Assembly (NCBI GenBank): GCA_015680685.1
Contig: MNCI01000542.1
Span: 95,989-159,988, forward strand
Direction of reading: 5' to 3'
Source of the DNA: Gnetum montanum
Lineage: Eukaryota; Plantae; Gnetophyta
Length of the DNA: 64,000 nucleotides
This document shows, piece by piece, positions 39,428 to 52,009 of this stretch (position 1 is its first letter; every line of letters begins with the position of its first letter). The notes under the pieces are model-generated. The model had not been told where the DNA came from. It made no database searches and saw only the letters and a list, made by a program, of their open reading frames with translations. A program made the position numbers and the translations under genes.

Positions 39428-39937
39428 GTGCTTGCTCCTACCAATTTAAACCAGCAGTGAAGTAAGAGACACCCCCTTGACAAAAGAGTTACTAAATGTA
39501 AATGAACATAGGGTAATCAAACTATGTACTGACAAAATTGGGAGACACAGTGGTAGTCATGGCAATTTTAGGCCATACCAGGCTAGATAATATTCATGTT
39601 GACTTGTCATTTGGACTGAGTGCATAGAGTATTTTTGATTTTTAAATTTTNCCTCCCTTTGCATAATAATAACTTTCTTTGGCCTCACCTCCAGAGGCTG
39701 GAATAATGAGGAATACAGGCCAACATAAAACAAAGATGACATAAATGAAAACAAATATTAAACATGGTAAAATTTAAATAAATAAAATAAGAGAAATCTA
39801 AACCAAATTGGGAATGAAAATTTGAGGTTTTAAAAAGTGAGGGGCATCATTCGTGCTAGCGTGAGTTCCTGGGCTATAGCATGAGCTAGGAGTGCAGCAT
39901 GAGCTATAGCATCAACGTCAGCATGAGCAGGGCAACC

Positions 39938-42900
39938 ATGAAGGACAAGGGCAGAGAAAAAGCAAGCTAAGATAAAGGGAAGAGGCAGGAAGATCTAGCA
40001 TTTGTGGAGGAGAGTGAAGAGCTTCTCCAACATCTCCCCCAAGCTAGGATTCCAACATGGGATGGGGCCCTTCATAGGTATATTTATTTTCTTTTTCTTT
40101 TCTCCAGCATTTGTAAACAGCATTAGCTAGGGTAGAATTTTATGGCTACAATTTTGGGGTTGTTTTGGGGTTTATTTGGGATTTTTGGCTCGCTATTCTT
40201 GATTCCTCATTTGCATCAACATGAGTGTGATTAGGGCATGTGTGCAAGGCATGAGTGCCCCAGGGAATGTAGGGCATGAGTGCAAGTTAGATTTTCTTGG
40301 TTGTTTTGCAGTTTGGGGGGAGCACATTGTGAGTGCTGGGAATCTATTGGATAGCATGAGCCTTTTCCTGGGTAGCGTTTTCTCCTTTTAGGGCCTCCTT
40401 GCATCATGATTTCAAGCTTTCTGGTAGTGTGAGTACTAGGCTCCCTTGTGTAGTGTGACTTCTAGAGATTTTTGCTAGACAGCGTGACTGCCAGGGGAAA
40501 GCTAGTTTTCCTTTTGTTTGCAGCGTGAGCCACATTATTGGGGACGTTTCAAACGTGACTGCAAGGTTTCCTAGGCAATGTCAATTTCCTTTCTTCTATG
40601 CAACGTGACCACTAGCATTCTTGGGTAGCGTGAGCATATGGCAAGGGTTCCAGGGAAGCGTGAGCACAAGACAAGGATTCCAAGGTAGTGTGAGTTGTAG
40701 GGTTCCAAGGCAGCGTGAGCACAAGATAAGGGTTCCACGGTAGCATGAGCTACAGGGTTCTAGGGTAGCATGAGCACAAGACAAGGGTTCTAGGGTAGCA
40801 TGAGCTATAGGGTTCCAAGGTAGCATGAGCACAAGACAAGGGTTCCAGGGTAGCGTGAGCTACAGGGTTCCCTAGCCTAGAATGTAAGTTCTACGAGAGA
40901 TAGGCATCATGGGTTGCTGGAACAGGCCCTGATTTCCTGCAGCGTGATCTGCTGGCTACAATGTGAGTTGCTGGAATAGACCCTAGTGTGAGTGTAGGAA
41001 TATGTAGCATGAGTGTGGGAAGCTACAATGTGAGTTGTCCCAACGTGAGTTGTTTGGGAAGCTGCAAAATGAGTGTGGGAAGGGGTTACTTCCAACATGA
41101 GTGTCCAAGCTTCCCTTTGCTGATACACAAAAATGTAAAGTGCTTGCCAACATGTTTGTTATTTGCTAATTTTTATGTTTATATCGTTTATTATTTTCTT
41201 GATACTGATGATTTAGACATTTTTTTAGTGAGTGTCCATATTCTGTACTTGTGTATGGATTTACTGTGAAATGGATTTCAATGCACCCCAGTGAGCATCA
41301 GATACACTAAATATATATTAGTGTCCTTGTCTCTTGAGGTAAAGCTATGCATTTAAATTTATGTGTTTGATTTATATGATTTCATACTAACGTTAGGACT
41401 TAGAATTTTTACTTACCTAATATCTTGGCCATATGCAGGGGACCTAAATCTTCTCTTCTCGTGGTTGAGCTTGTTGGCGTACTTACTTGGTTTGGCCCCT
41501 TTGGAACGGACATAGCTCCCTATGACATGTGCATCGAGCCCCATGTGATATGGTTATGCTCCAGTGTTAGTTAGTTTTTTTTCATTCATCCTGCAAAATT
41601 TTAGTATGGTTACATGGTCTCACCTAAGTGAATAGGTGGCTCGTGATATCATCGAGATAGTGCTTCCCAGGTCTACACAAGGCATGCTTGTCTTTATTAC
41701 TGATATCGATGAGGGACTTTTTAGGATTGAGGGAGGCCTTATTAAGGGTCCTAGATTTACACATCCCTTAACTCGTGTGTGGGATATGCCTACTTGTATT
41801 CATTATAATAGCAGCAACACACTTTTCTTAGCCTTTCGTGTGTACATTCTATTCCAGAACCCACCTGGGATAGTATATAGAGTGGACAGGTATGCTCCTT
41901 TGTGCCTTACTTTAATTTTTGATTCCCTTTTAAATTTTATGTCATCATCTAAATGTAAATGCTATTTTCCTATGCAAGCTCCGCTTTGATGAACACAGGA
42001 TGCGCGATGATCATGGTGGGCTTGCCTTAGCATGCACAACGCTGGAGATGTTCATGGCAGGCCCCATTCTTCATGCCGCGGTACTGTAGCAGAGAAAGGT
42101 GGCTATTGTTGACTACCATAGGTAGTTTTCAAGAGCCTTTGAGTGCTACCAAGTTTGTGGTTGGTTACATGAGGATTGGTCTTCTGATGGGTTAATTTTT
42201 TCTCAAAGAACTGATCCTGCACCTACCCCACCTATGCCACTTACTGATGGTAAATGACCACACTCTAGACTTCATTTTCTTTTTTGTTGCATCATCCTGT
42301 ACTATGTTTTTAACTCTTTACTCTATGTTTTCTTTTTACAACAGCTATCCCTTCTAAAGAAGTTACTATTATAACAGGGCATATTGAGACCAATCTTTTT
42401 ATGAAATATGGGGAGGTAGAGCAATCACAATAATGGTTACAGAAGAAATCTTCTGAGTTGGTCATCAACCGTCTTACCTGAGCAGGTCTGATGGACTTGT
42501 TCATAGCTTTGACTCCTAGTATTCTAGTTAATTAGATGATCACTATTGTTGATTCTTTCAATGATGATGCTACCCATTTTAGCACACGGGTTCGAGGAGT
42601 CAAGGTATCTTTCCACCTAACTACTGAATTCCTTTTTGATCTTTTTGGTGTGCCCATGGATGGTGCCAGGGTGACTATAGATAAAGCAACTAAAGAAGGC
42701 CAGGTCATAAGAGAGCTTGAGTAGTTGTTAGGTGTGTCTCAGGGTCCTAAGGGCTTTGCCATGTGAGATGATACTTGATCAATGGAGATGAACTTCCTGT
42801 ATCCTCTCTTCTAGGCACGAGCATTTCCTAAATCTCCTTCTCAAGGAAGAAACCTTGGGATCGAGTCTACACGTGTCATGTGTGCAATTTTAGAGACAGG

Positions 42901-45150
42901 CATGCACTAAAACTGGGCACAGTTTCTTTGATCTAGTTTTCATGGGGAGATCGTCAAGTTATGTTCAAACATCCACGTCAAATCCCATTTTACATTTTCT
43001 TTCTTCACGAGGTACCTACATAGGTTTACTGATTTCCTAGTAGTTTAGGATGATAACCGCTATATTTTGAGGAATCATTCACAACTGTCCTGCTCTTGAA
43101 TTTGCCATTTTTTACCACCACTAGATCCTAGGACCCACCAAAAGACATTGAGGAATCAATATCAGTTACTACTAGAGGTGCGGCTAGCCGTTCCAATCAT
43201 TCCCATGATAGCTAGAGATTGGAACCACCTAGGCTACACACGTCTATTAAAAGGGCTCAACATTTGATTGGTGAGACTATTGGGAAGTCCAAGACGAAGG
43301 TGAAGAGGAATGAACGCCCAAGGGAGCCTACTCTAGACGTGATACCACCAAGAGCAAAGAAGATTTAGTTTGTACTACTAGTGGAGAGTAAGTACTTTAT
43401 TTTATTGTTATATATTTATTATTATTATTTTATTTATTTATTTTTGGCCTATACGTTATACTAACTCTAAGATTCTAGAATTATTAGAGGAAAGTCCTGA
43501 GGGAGAGAGAAAGGATTTGGACTCGATCGTTGATCCTGAAGTGGTTGTCACAGGGTCGGAGGAAGAAGCAAAGGAAAGAGAAGAAGTGATCGAAGAACCT
43601 ACTACCTCACAAGAGGAAGATGTGACAAGAGTCATGGGGATGAAGCTTGCAGAAGCTTTGGATGTACTTAGGCACTCTAGTGATGAAAGAGGTATCTTTG
43701 ATGGCTTCTTCGATGGATCTTTGCAGCTTGGTGATCCTCCCAAGCTAAACAACAAAGGGCTTTTTGGTATGTTCCTTTTAGCTCAATCCATGTTTTGTAA
43801 CCTTTAATTTTCATGTGTTTTTCTTGCTTGTCTTGATTATCTTTAGCATCAGAGGTAGATGCTGAGATTTTTAAGGCACATACATCTTGGTTAGAGGTAT
43901 CAGGATCATAGGTTTCAATTGAGGTGACCTCCCATGCTTGTCCCACATCAATTGACTAGCTAAGACCATGGCCTAAGATGCCTAGCAAAATGGAATTTTT
44001 TAAAGGTATTATTAATGATGTGGTCACTCTCTTACAAGAAGCTCATCCAGAACTAGGTATGTGTATGTTATGTATTACACTAAGTGTCTGGGTTTATTGT
44101 GTTTCTTTGCATTCATTATTGATTATAGCTTATTCATGTGTGCGATACTTACACCTACAGGCACCAAGCTCTAGTGGAATCCTTCTGAAGCTACTCATAT
44201 TTATGCCCTCCCTAAATTGCCAGGGAATATTGAGCAAGTCCCTAGGAATGTGTACGATGCAGTTTCTAGTTACGTCATACAAAAAGCCAAGTCACTTTGG
44301 ACTTGTAGGCATTCAGTTGAGTATCTATGGGACAAGGTCCACTCATTGAAGGAAGCACTCACAAAGGAGAGAGAGGAGAAGGGGGATCTCCAATCCCATT
44401 ATGATTTTTTTGTTGCTCAATTATCTGGTGATAGCACTTGGTGTACATCTAAAATCACCTATGCATGTTACTGGATGGTTTTGAATAGCAAAGTGTAGGC
44501 GACATGGGATTTAGAAAAACAAAAAGCACAGATGGATTTGTTAAACATGAAATGTCATGATTGGAAGTCCTTTGTTGCAAAAGTGTGGAAGTGGGGCCAA
44601 GACCAAAAGGACCACAAGCATCAATATAAGAAATGGTTAAAGGAGGAGTCAATTGAACATTGTCGAATGGAGATGTTCATCGATGGGTTAGGGTTGCAGC
44701 CTGCTTATGACAGGTTCTCCAAGTGCACCGAGGTGGAGGGATCTCCCAAGAGAATCGTTACTATGGCCTCCGGGGAAGCTTTGATAGGCATGTTCTCTCT
44801 TGAGCATCCTACCTGGACTTCAGTGGACAAGGGTAAAACCTTGGCTAGTATTGATCTTGGTTTGGAGGAGGATTGGGCAAATATGCCCAAGCAGGAGATT
44901 CTACGACGTTTGGAGGCCAACTTAGGGCCTTCCTCACTTGTGCGTGTTTTATTGTGGCATTTATTTTTGTATGGTTTTGTTGTTTTCATTGTTAGTGTTA
45001 CTGTTTTTATATTTATGATTTGCTTTACTACTCTTACCTTTTTTTTTTCTATTTTCTACCCTATTATAGGGACATGTTAATGATGGAGCTGGTCCCAGTG
45101 GAGCAAGAGAGGGTGATGAAGAGGATCTTGGGGACCAGCCCCCTCCATGA
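39938..45150 (+). pseudogene. Ten-exon accessory gene, antisense to the retrotransposon, ~1,020-1,030 codons, with a plant-transposon-protein-like domain, acidic region and coiled coil; in-frame stops in this copy
   Basis: Exons 39938-40077, 41439-41565, 41636-41776, 41858-41889, 41999(or 41978)-42249, 42345-43387, 43488(or 43479)-43766, 43847-44056, 44161-44939, 45070-45150. GT..AG T-rich introns with compatible phases (2,0,0,2,1,1,1,1,0) join ORF-track fragments 41636, 42536, 43517, 43978, 44217 and 44532. One net frameshift inside exon 6. Confidence 0.8.
40627..40872. repeat. 55-bp tandem repeat (30+25-bp subunits) carrying GCGTGAG/GCATGAG, in intron 1 of the antisense gene
   Basis: GCACAAGA(C/T)AAGG recurs at 40664, 40719, 40774 and 40829. 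Confidence 0.9.
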
Positions 45151-45771
45151 GTTCATTGTTAATTGAACTTTAGCTATTAATTGTTTTGGAGTTTTGGATG
45201 TTTGATGGAAATATATGGTTGGAAAGTGTAATAATATGGACCTAGTTATGGCATAACATGTTGGAATTTTACTACCATATTGACGTATCATTTTTCTTTA
45301 TTTTATTTTTTTTCTCTTTTTATTTGCTTTTTCCAGTATTATTGTGAACATATGTATATAGCTAAATGTAAAATGAGGGAAACAAAATGTAAATCAACAC
45401 TTGTAAAATAGGAAAGTAACGAGAAGGCATAGATCGAGAATGCAACTTATATCATTTAAATGAAAATTTAACATAATGTAGTGAATATTTGTAAACTGGT
45501 GACATATTGAACCCTAGTTTAAAGCCACTTTGGGCTATGCACATTAGTTTAAAGTCATGGTGAACTATTTCATTTGTTGTCAAAGAAAGAAGGATTACTG
45601 GTTTTATGCCATAGTGAGCCAAATGCAACAACATTTTTAGGAAGCTTTTAAAAGGAACCAACCATATCTAGCCATGGCTAGTTTAATGTCATTGCAGACG
45701 TTCACTGGTAGTTTAATGTCGTACCAGATGATTGGTAGTTTAATGTCATTCCAGACATCTAGTGATTCACT

Positions 45772-48700
45772 CTAGTTATTGAGTTGCCTCTTAATCTTTT
45801 TTAGTTTAACGGGTGGGGTTGGGCATGTAGGTATGATCTTATACTCACCTTCCCCTTCACCGGTGATGTCAAAGGGTAATTCTGACCAAGAGACATTAGT
45901 GGGAATGGTTCCTATGTGTGTATTGTCTGATGCTTCCTTAGTTTTAGTAGGATCATAAGTTAACATTGGGTTCATGTCTTGAAGTATGCTCATAGTTTCT
46001 TGCTTAGGCTCAACGAACTCAATTTCTGACTCTTGATCCACTCCAAGGTGCGAGGAAGTGAGTGATACTATTGTATCCCCACGTATGATGATTTCACTAC
46101 CCTCGTAAGGTAGGTGGATCTCCTGATGGATTAGTGAGGATACAACTCTAAGTTGAGCTAGCCAGGGACATCCTAGAATCAGATTAAACCTTGGCATTTC
46201 ATCAACCACTACAAACTCAGCTGATGTGGGGAATTGGTCCCCAGCTATGAAATCCAAGGTAACCATACTTTTCACCCCAACACGGGAACCACTGAAGGAT
46301 TTTAGGAAAGAAGTTTTTGTGGGTTGTATTTGTTCAGTGAGCCCCAGTTTTTCGATGATGGGAAAAGGTATTACGTTTCTCGCTGCACCATCATCAACAT
46401 GCACCCTACGTATCTTGAAATGATTGACCTGTATCATTATGAACATAGGGGCTATGGTGACTTCTTCTCTTTTCTCATCTAGCTTAATGTCATTAGCATG
46501 AAACTCTAGGGATGTAGTCTTTGATTCCTGAGGTTGCAGGGAAAATACTGCATAAATGGATGGTTCATTTGTAGGAAGGTCCTCACTAATAGGGATCAAA
46601 GTCAGCATCCATATGAGAGCTTCTCGATGTACTGGTGAAGTCATTACTAGGTCATACAAACTTAAAGAAGTGTTCTTTTGTTTTAAGGCCTATGTAACTT
46701 GGGTTAACACACTCGCTAGGTCTTTACCATTTGGGGCACCCTTGTCTATGGAGATTTGGTCCATTTTACACAACATTTGTATTTCTCGTGAAGGAATTTT
46801 TGCATTGGTAACTGAAGATGCTAGGTTTGGGACACAACCCGTGACATTATCCTTGTTTGAATGACTCATACTAGGCTCATTAATGGATGGACCCATGGGA
46901 ACAGCGTTTAGCAGTGTAGGCTTTGGTGGTCCTAATTTGTGCTCATGGTTTTCTCTTTCTAGGTGCTCTCTTGTTAGCCTATCGGTAAGATGTTCTCGCA
47001 TAGGTCACGGGGGAACGGAGGTGGGTTGTGTGTCAAGGTGTTTTGGCACCCGGATCACAAAGAGAATGGGTCAATTTTCAGATGGTGTGGTTGTTATTGC
47101 AATGGAAGGAGGTACACGGATGACGAATGGTTTTATTGGCATGGGAGATGTGCATATGATGAAAGGGATTTGAGGAGATGTTGGGGTAGGTGTGTTTTCT
47201 GAAGGCCTGCAAATCAAAGAAGGTTTTCGTGGGACATCCTATCTATTCTCCACATGGATACTATTAATTACATATGGTGCATCACTAGTATTGAGAGGAT
47301 CCTTAAATACCCCCATGGGTTGGTTTTGGGATCGTATTGGGTTTGCCTCATCAAATACTAGTTCACCCCTGTCAATCATGCGTTGTATATCCTGTTTCAA
47401 GGTGAAACAGTAATCAGTACCATGACCACACCGCTAGTGATATTCACAAAACCTATCTAACCTAAAGCCTCTTGGAATGGGGGGTTCATTAGCTATTGCT
47501 AAGGTTGGGTTCTTGGCCATCTCACAGAATCGATCATGTTTTTGAGACACCACTGGAGACATTTGTTTATGTTTGATTAACCTGGTCTTTAGAAGTTGAT
47601 CAAACAATTGTAAAGTCTTCATAGGCAAGGGTGTATATTGAGCAGGGGTTTTTTTTCGAATGTATGATCATGACCCATGTTGGTATTTCTATTTGATGAA
47701 GGTTTGAGTGTAGGCATGGGTGTGTTTCTTTCATGGTAGTTTGGGATAGTGGTTTGTTTTCCCTTTTGTCCTAGATGGTTAGGTCAGGCTATCTCTACTA
47801 CCCCTGCTACCGTCATTTTAGATTTATCCTTCCTTGTATGTTGGCTCCTAAAGGTCAAGTAAGCTGGGTCATTGCTTGTTTGTGCCACCTCTTCTATGTC
47901 CTTAATTTGCACAAATGCTTGGCTCAAGGTACATGCTTTCAAATAATAAAGTTTCAACTTAATAAAGTCATTCACAGCCGCCTTAAGGATGGTAAGCAGG
48001 TATGTTTCAGGGATGGGCTTGTGAAGTTCATTCAAGGTTGCACTCCACCTTTGGATAAATTTTTGTGTTGGCTTTAATGGTGCTTGTTTAATCTGAATCA
48101 AGCTATCCAACGTGGCTTTAGGCTTTAGATTGTATTTGAAACGGGTGACAAACTGGTGCAACAAGTCCTCTATAGAAGATATGGAGCTACGGGGTGTAGC
48201 TCAGTACCAGTCTAAGGCTTTTCCCATTAAGGACATAGCAAACACATGTAGAATTACATGAGGCCATGCCTGAAGCAATAGACATTATATTTGAAATGTT
48301 ACTAGGTGAGCATTTGGATCTCCCTCTCCATTGTACTTGGTTAGCTAGGGTAATGAGACTCCTTTTGGTAGGATTAATGGGGGAAGTGAGGGGTCAATTG
48401 GATCATCTTGGTAGAAGTCAAGTACTCTAACTTCCTCAGTATTCATAGTTTTAAGGCACTTTAATTCTTTTGCTAATGAGTGCATCATTTTCTTCGTGTA
48501 TTCCCACTCTTGGGTGGTAGGTAGACTGGCTGGTTGGGTGGATTGTGGTGGACAATAATTTGATTGTTGCATTGTTTGTGGAAAGAGAGATTGTTGGATT
48601 GTCATTTGCTATGGTGGAGCAACATTCATAGATGAGACCGCAAGGTGTGGTACACTATAATGAGTAGTTTGGTGTTGTTGAACCACTACTAAAACACAAT

Positions 48701-49490
48701 GCCCAACCACAAGTTGCAAGGCGACACCCTGAACATGTTGGGCTGAAGTGTTCAATGGTGCTCCATGAATTTGCACTTGTGGTATGCAATGGGTGGATGT
48801 GGAATCTAGTATAACCAATGGCATCCCAATCACTTGAGGTTGAAAGGTTGATCCAGCATTAATTTTGGGAGGGAGTTGTTGAGACTATACTTGCGACGGT
48901 ATGATAGAAGCGGATGTATCAGATTGAATTTTGAGCTTGGAGAAGACGGGAATGGAGGTGGGTATTTCCTGTAAAGAAGCCAATGGTGGAAGTATAGTCT
49001 CTTCCAAGAAGGGTTGGAACAATGGGTTTGTATTGGTGTGGGGACTAATAGTATGGTATGAATCTCCATGCTCAGATTAGGCTACAAAGTCATCCTCCTC
49101 ATCTGCACTCTAAGGCTCTATTGAAAGTGGCTGTAAGGCTTAACTTCTTGCCATGAGAAGCTGGGATATGAATTTATGATGGTGTTCAGATAGAGGGATT
49201 ATGTCAAATGTTGAAGGAATGAACTCATGAAATCCTTTGTGAATAAGCTCATAGTTTCATTTTGCCTCTCTTTCTACGCGATCGATGGGTAGGTTGGCTT
49301 GGATCTTGACACAAATGAAGTTATACTGTTCAAGTGTGAGATTTGCATAAGTAGGGTCTTTGCCCTGTATCCTCAGTGATTGGCACCTAGGGCCTTTGGA
49401 GTTTATCTGTTCAATAATAGTTATGGGTTCCATAGTAGTCATAGGGTTCAAGGTTTCAACCCCAAAGTCAGAGATTAGCAGGGTCACTAG
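45772..49490 (-). pseudogene. gag: gag-protease ORF (disrupted)
   Basis: P/Q-rich N-terminus; capsid-like YNGEGDPNAHL...ALDWY...QFVTRF (47784-48345); knuckle CEYH.RCGHGTDYC (~47420-47450); protease VHVDDGAARN...LILGCPWL in ORF 45772-46659, ending in its own stop. Confidence 0.9.
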
Positions 49491-49912
49491 GTTGATCTAG
49501 GAGGATTCCGTAGCGAGCATGAGTAAACTGGGCTTCACTAGTTAAGCGTGAGTAACTGACAGCATGAGCTAATAGCGTGAGTAGCTACAATGTGAGCTAA
49601 TAGACAGCATGAGCTAACAGACAATGTGAGCTAGTGTGAGTAGGTTGACAGCGTAAGGTATCCAGGGGACAGAGTGAGTAAGTCAAGCTAAACTTTCGTA
49701 AGCTAGCATGACACACTGGGCAAGTGGTGAGAGAAGCTCAATGTGAATGGTCGACAATGGTGGTGGAACATTACTTGGCAAGCTATCAATGAAATAGCTT
49801 GTTTAACCAATGTGTGTACACTATTTTGGGTTCTGATGGCAGAGTTAAAAGTGCTCACCATAAGAGTTTCGCAGGTTTGCAGTCCCAATTAACGTAAGAA
49901 TTTTTATAGGTG

Positions 49913-49930
49913 GCCCTCCTTCTAGTGCCA
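49913..49930 (-). promoter_or_regulatory. Primer-binding site, tRNA-Arg type
   Basis: TGGCACTAGAAGGAGGGC, 6 nt from the 5' LTR; resembles the TGGCGCTAGAAGGAGGG PBS of Tat/Ogre-type elements. Confidence 0.8.
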
Positions 49931-49936
49931 ATTTAC

Positions 49937-51887
49937 TGTACTGACCTAAATCGTCGGTGTAACGCTGGAAGGGAAAAACAAACACTGAAATATTGTCAGA
50001 TAAACACAGCTGACCCTACCTTTGTGTGAGGGCAAGCTGGAAAAGAAAACGAAGGCAAAGTTCCTTGGATGGTCTACACGCAAATCAACCAAGGACTTCC
50101 CCGAACGTAAGCTATGGCTTACACTGGGGTTATCGTAACTAATGTGCAAAGTGTAAACAATACACTCAAAATGCCAAATATGTAAACAGTACGCATGAAA
50201 TGCAAATAGAAATGTATACAGAACTGGTATTGTAAACGAAACATAAACCAAATTTAAAATAGTGAAAACAGTATAATGGTTGGTAAAATGAATTTTATTG
50301 TATTGCTTATAAAGAGTGTGCATTTTTCAAAGCGTAGCTACACGTGCAGATGGCAGGTCAAGCACCAAGGCCCAAGGAGATGTGTTTCAGAAGTGCTTGG
50401 ATACAAGCAGTTAAGTGTGCTCGAGTGTCCAAGGGGGCTAGTCTGAGTTTCCTAAGCTGTCAACCTTCAAAATTGCCAACCCCGTTTATGTGAATTAATA
50501 GGGTATTTATAGGGTTTGACCATGTTCAGGCACAAAATTTATGGATGGAATCAATGGCTGAGAGATAAGAGGAAAACGAATCGTGTGACACATGTTCGAT
50601 GGACAACTGTATGTGAGTTGGACATGCACGGGCAAGCTACATTCTTAACCAGGTGCATTGTATCTTACAGCATGTGTTGGCATGCCTGAGCTAGCTTACG
50701 CTCATGGAAACAAATACAATTTGGAGCGTAAGAGCTTAGTAGGGCTAGAAATGATGAACATTTATATGAAAAGATAATGTACAATGAGAGAATTTGACTC
50801 TGGCTCACTTGAAACTTATTGATCTCTGAATTCACTACTGTAGGATGTCAAATGTCGATCTAAGTGGTTTTGTGGCTGTTCAAGGCATCTTTGTTTAGCC
50901 AAGACTTCTAGCATGATTTGATTTTGTTTGGGCATGTCCTCAGCATGCTCACGTTGCACTCATGCTACATTTACATTGCACTCACGCTACTAGCGTGACC
51001 TCAGCATGAGTGAGCCAAAATGATGTATTTTGTGCCAAATTTTGATTTTTGAGGCCTATTTCTTGAGTGCAACTATTTTCTGACTGTGGTTGACCTTGAG
51101 AGTGATCTGCAAGTTAGAAATTGAGCTTGATGTGTCTTGTTTTGAACTTCTTTTGGTAGCTCACATTGGACTCACGCTGCCAGCATGAGTGCAGCATGAC
51201 CACAGCGTGAGCTACAAAGACTTGCAATTTTGGATTTGAAATTTGGAATTCTGAATGCTAGAACTTAAAGTTGTTAACAATGAACCTTGAGGATGACTTG
51301 CACCTTGGAAATCAAGTCATTTCAACTCAATTTTTGGCTCTAAAAGTTGCTCACGATGTACTCACGCTGTTAGTGTGACCTCAGCATGAGTGACAACATG
51401 AGTGTGAAAATGTGAATAATTTGCCTTGAAATTTGAATCTGTGAATGCTAAAACTTGGAGTGGACATTAATGGCCCTTGAGTATGGCTTACAACCTAGAA
51501 ATCAGATCATTCTAACTTAATTTGGGGCTATCAAAGTCAATCACGCTGTACTCACGTTGCCAGCGTGACCACAGCGTGAGTGAGAAAATTTGCACTTTTT
51601 GACCTGCAATTTGAATCCGTGAATGCTAAAAATTTGAACTAGGCATAATAGTGACCCTTGAGAGTGCCTTGTAGCCTCACACTGAGCCACCTTTGACTTG
51701 ATTCTGACACCATTTGAAGTGGCTCATGCTAAGGGCAAGCTAGCTTGACAAGCTGAGCATGAGCAAGCTGGCTTGAGCAAGTTGGGCATGATTTCCATGC
51801 CTTAGTCAAATTTTTGCTTCCCAAAAGCTAAAATGGCTCTAGGTTGTTCTCATTTCAAAGTTTTAGGCTGAAATTAGTGGTGTTTCA
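49937..51887 (-). repeat. 5' LTR (1951 bp)
   Basis: TGTACTG...TTTCA; direct repeat of 31689-33626. Confidence 0.95.
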
Positions 51888-52009
51888 ATAGTTAGTAAGT
51901 ATTGGAAGGATTGAAGCACTAAACTTAATGATGCTCTTTGGACTTCTAAAATGACATGGAAACTTTCTATTAGTTATTCTTCATATGAGCTAGTATATGA
52001 GAGACTTTC

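Larger units (their letters stand above)
31689..51887 (-). mobile_element. Ogre/Tat-like Ty3/gypsy LTR retrotransposon, 20.2 kb, both LTRs, carrying an internal antisense multi-exon gene
   Basis: LTRs 31689-33626 and 49937-51887. Perfect TSD ATAGT at 31684-31688 and 51888-51892. PBS TGGCACTAGAAGGAGGGC (tRNA-Arg type). PPT AAAGAGGGG. Domain order gag-PR // RT-RH-aRH-INT. Confidence 0.95.

Noticed and set aside
39651-39651. Single N base
   Set aside because: An ambiguous base call or possible small gap, not biology. The matching LTRs and TSD argue that the element is correctly joined across it, but long reads should confirm this.
39938-45150. Functional host gene
   Set aside because: It lies wholly between paired LTRs with a TSD, shares the LTR motif arrays and has multiple in-frame stops; reported instead as an element-borne pseudogenised gene.
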